A stretch of 64,000 nucleotides of DNA. It comes from Octopus sinensis. Lineage: Eukaryota. Numbering within the stretch: position 1 is the first letter of the stretch; each line of letters begins with the position of its first letter. The notes beneath the pieces are model-generated. The model had not been told where the DNA came from. It made no database searches and saw only the letters and a program-made list of their open reading frames with translations. Shown here piece after piece: positions 62,000 to 64,000 of this stretch. The position numbers and the translations under genes are program-made. The stretch covers positions 24,688,464-24,752,463 of the forward strand of contig NC_043011.1 in assembly GCF_006345805.1 (NCBI RefSeq). The letters run 5' to 3'.

Positions 62000-64000
62000 C
62001 TGAAATAAGGGAAAACTCAAAATAAATAATACATTACAACAGAAAGTCATAAAACATTATTTTTTTGTATTTGGTTAGCAAGATTTTTAATACGAGATCA
62101 TTTGTTGAAACAGACTTTTATCTATCTTGGGACGGTCATTATGCCAATTATAAACACATACACTGGTTCTATTTCACTTATCATTATTATGATTATTATT
62201 ATCATCATTATTATTTAGTAAATTAGTTAACTAATTGAATGATTATTTGACAGACTTGAAGAGAGAGTGTGCCCTTGATGCAGTCACAAATGGCGATGAA
62301 AGAACTGACATACATAACTGACTGAATGTTTGACCGAACAATTAATCAAACCGTTAATTAGTTAAATGGTTGACTAATTGACTAATCCAAACAATATAAC
62401 TGAAACAGAACCTCTGTGTGTATGTGAGAGAGAGAGAGTTTATTGATCCTCTTGAGATGCAACAAAATCATAAAACACAAACATTTGACATTCAAGATAG
62501 CCATCATAATCATCTACTGATGTTTATGAAGGAACCTTTAATGGTTGTCATATATGCTAGAAATAACAGTCAAATCAATTTCTAACCAGCCTTCAAAAAC
62601 AAAAAATTACATTGGATATTGTATGTAATTTTACAGTGTTTAAAGAAATAAGGCAGATGGCCATGTCAAGAATATCCTGCATCATTGGTCCTTTCTATCA
62701 GGATTGGCCTGTAGATGATCACAACAATATCAATTTGTCTCCAATATTAATTTGTTTATATTGCAATAGATACAGGTGTCATAAATCACTGACAGTGACC
62801 TAACAATTAAGCTCCTGAGTACCATGACGAACTGTTTAACCCAGGTCTTGTACGAAATAGTTCAATTAGTGTTTAGATATTTATTCTTGTCTGCTATCAT
62901 CTATGCACTAAGGGCCTATGTGGGAGGATCTCTCAAGGCTTATAATGCAGTAGTTGAAAACATTCGAGCGAGGTCATTGCCAGTGCCACTGGACTGACTC
63001 CTGTGCAGGTAGCACATAAAAAACACCATTTCGAGCGAGGCCGTTGGCAGTACCATCTGACTGGCCCTCGTGTTGGTGGCACATAAAAGCACCCACTACG
63101 CTCTTGGAGTGGTTGGCATTAGGAATGGCAGATCAGATTGGAGCCTGGCACAGCCATCTGGTTCGCCAGTCCTCAGTCAAATCGTCCAACCCATGCTAGC
63201 ATGGAAAGCGGACGTTAAATGATGATGATGATGCTGACTCCAACACAACCTACCAGAGGGTTGTGGTGGTACGTCTGCAAGACCCACACAATCTACTGGT
63301 GGATTGTGGTTAATAAACAGCATCAGTGATCCATGCCTCACATATGATAGAGTGAAAAAAATATGGCTCTCATATCAAAATTAAGATACCATATTGGTAT
63401 TCTGGAACAAAATGAGAAATGAAGCTCAAGAGCAAATGTGTTAATATGATGAGGGTTAAATAGGGTAACTAGGAATAATTATTCAATGGGAAGGGGGCAA
63501 GAATAACAATATTAGTCAATTGCTAAAATTTTCATTTTCTCAAATATATGGGAGACAACTCTAAACGGATTTAAGGCTTATGCCTTTATCAGTGAAGTAT
63601 AGCCTTCATTCTGCTGGCTGAAATAGTAATGAGAGAACTGCTGAGACAATAATTCAAGGAAATCATCCATTCGAAAATCAATGGTGACAGGAAATGAATT
63701 TTATATAATACTCTCTCATATTGTCGAACTTTAGTCAAACAAACAAACCCTGTCCCCTGCATTGATCAAATTCTACCACCAACAGTGAATTTGAGCTAAA
63801 AGATCTCAAAGGCAGTATTTAGTGAATAAAACGTAAAAACGACTAAACAATAAAGGACTGAAGTTCTTTTGACGCCTTTAAGTATGGGGGGGGAGGGGTT
63901 CGCAACTCTGACACAGAAATGCTCAGCAACTAAAACTGGAGTTGCAATATCTAGGATCTCATGAGCCAATAAAGGAAACTATGTAGTCACTAGAAATAGC

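Noticed and set aside
62000-64000. Search for upstream QDPR exons (expected ...WKQS.W...GG...GA..AL..TP)
   Set aside because: No matching minus-strand exon found; they probably lie beyond the window end.

Overview
Eukaryotic, very repeat-rich genomic DNA. The SINE, microsatellite and LINE repertoire looks like an octopod cephalopod genome (inference from repeat style, not a database result). The only host gene I can support is the 3' half of dihydropteridine reductase (QDPR) on the minus strand: three exons at 61999-61891, 56519-56436 and 55199-55100, spliced in frame with GT-AG sites and the YxxxK motif. The rest is transposon debris: RTE, CR1 and CRE LINE relics, a Penelope-like (PLE) relic, a Ginger-like integrase transposon, Tc1/mariner relics, three non-autonomous Helitrons, piggyBac-type and mariner-type MITEs, many tRNA-derived SINEs and microsatellites. 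Almost all long ORFs in the supplied track are microsatellite artefacts. The most interesting signal is a set of about 8 minimal type-I hammerhead-ribozyme motifs with covarying stem I in several repeat families. One family is a tRNA-headed SINE-like element that inserted as a head-to-head inverted pair with a 9-bp target duplication (32459-33050). A second oddity is a repeated tRNA-Lys(UUU)-like sequence with a 19-nt insert at the canonical 37/38 intron site. No single hammerhead copy has a perfect core, so activity is inferred for the family consensus, not shown. Boundaries of degenerate repeats are approximate.
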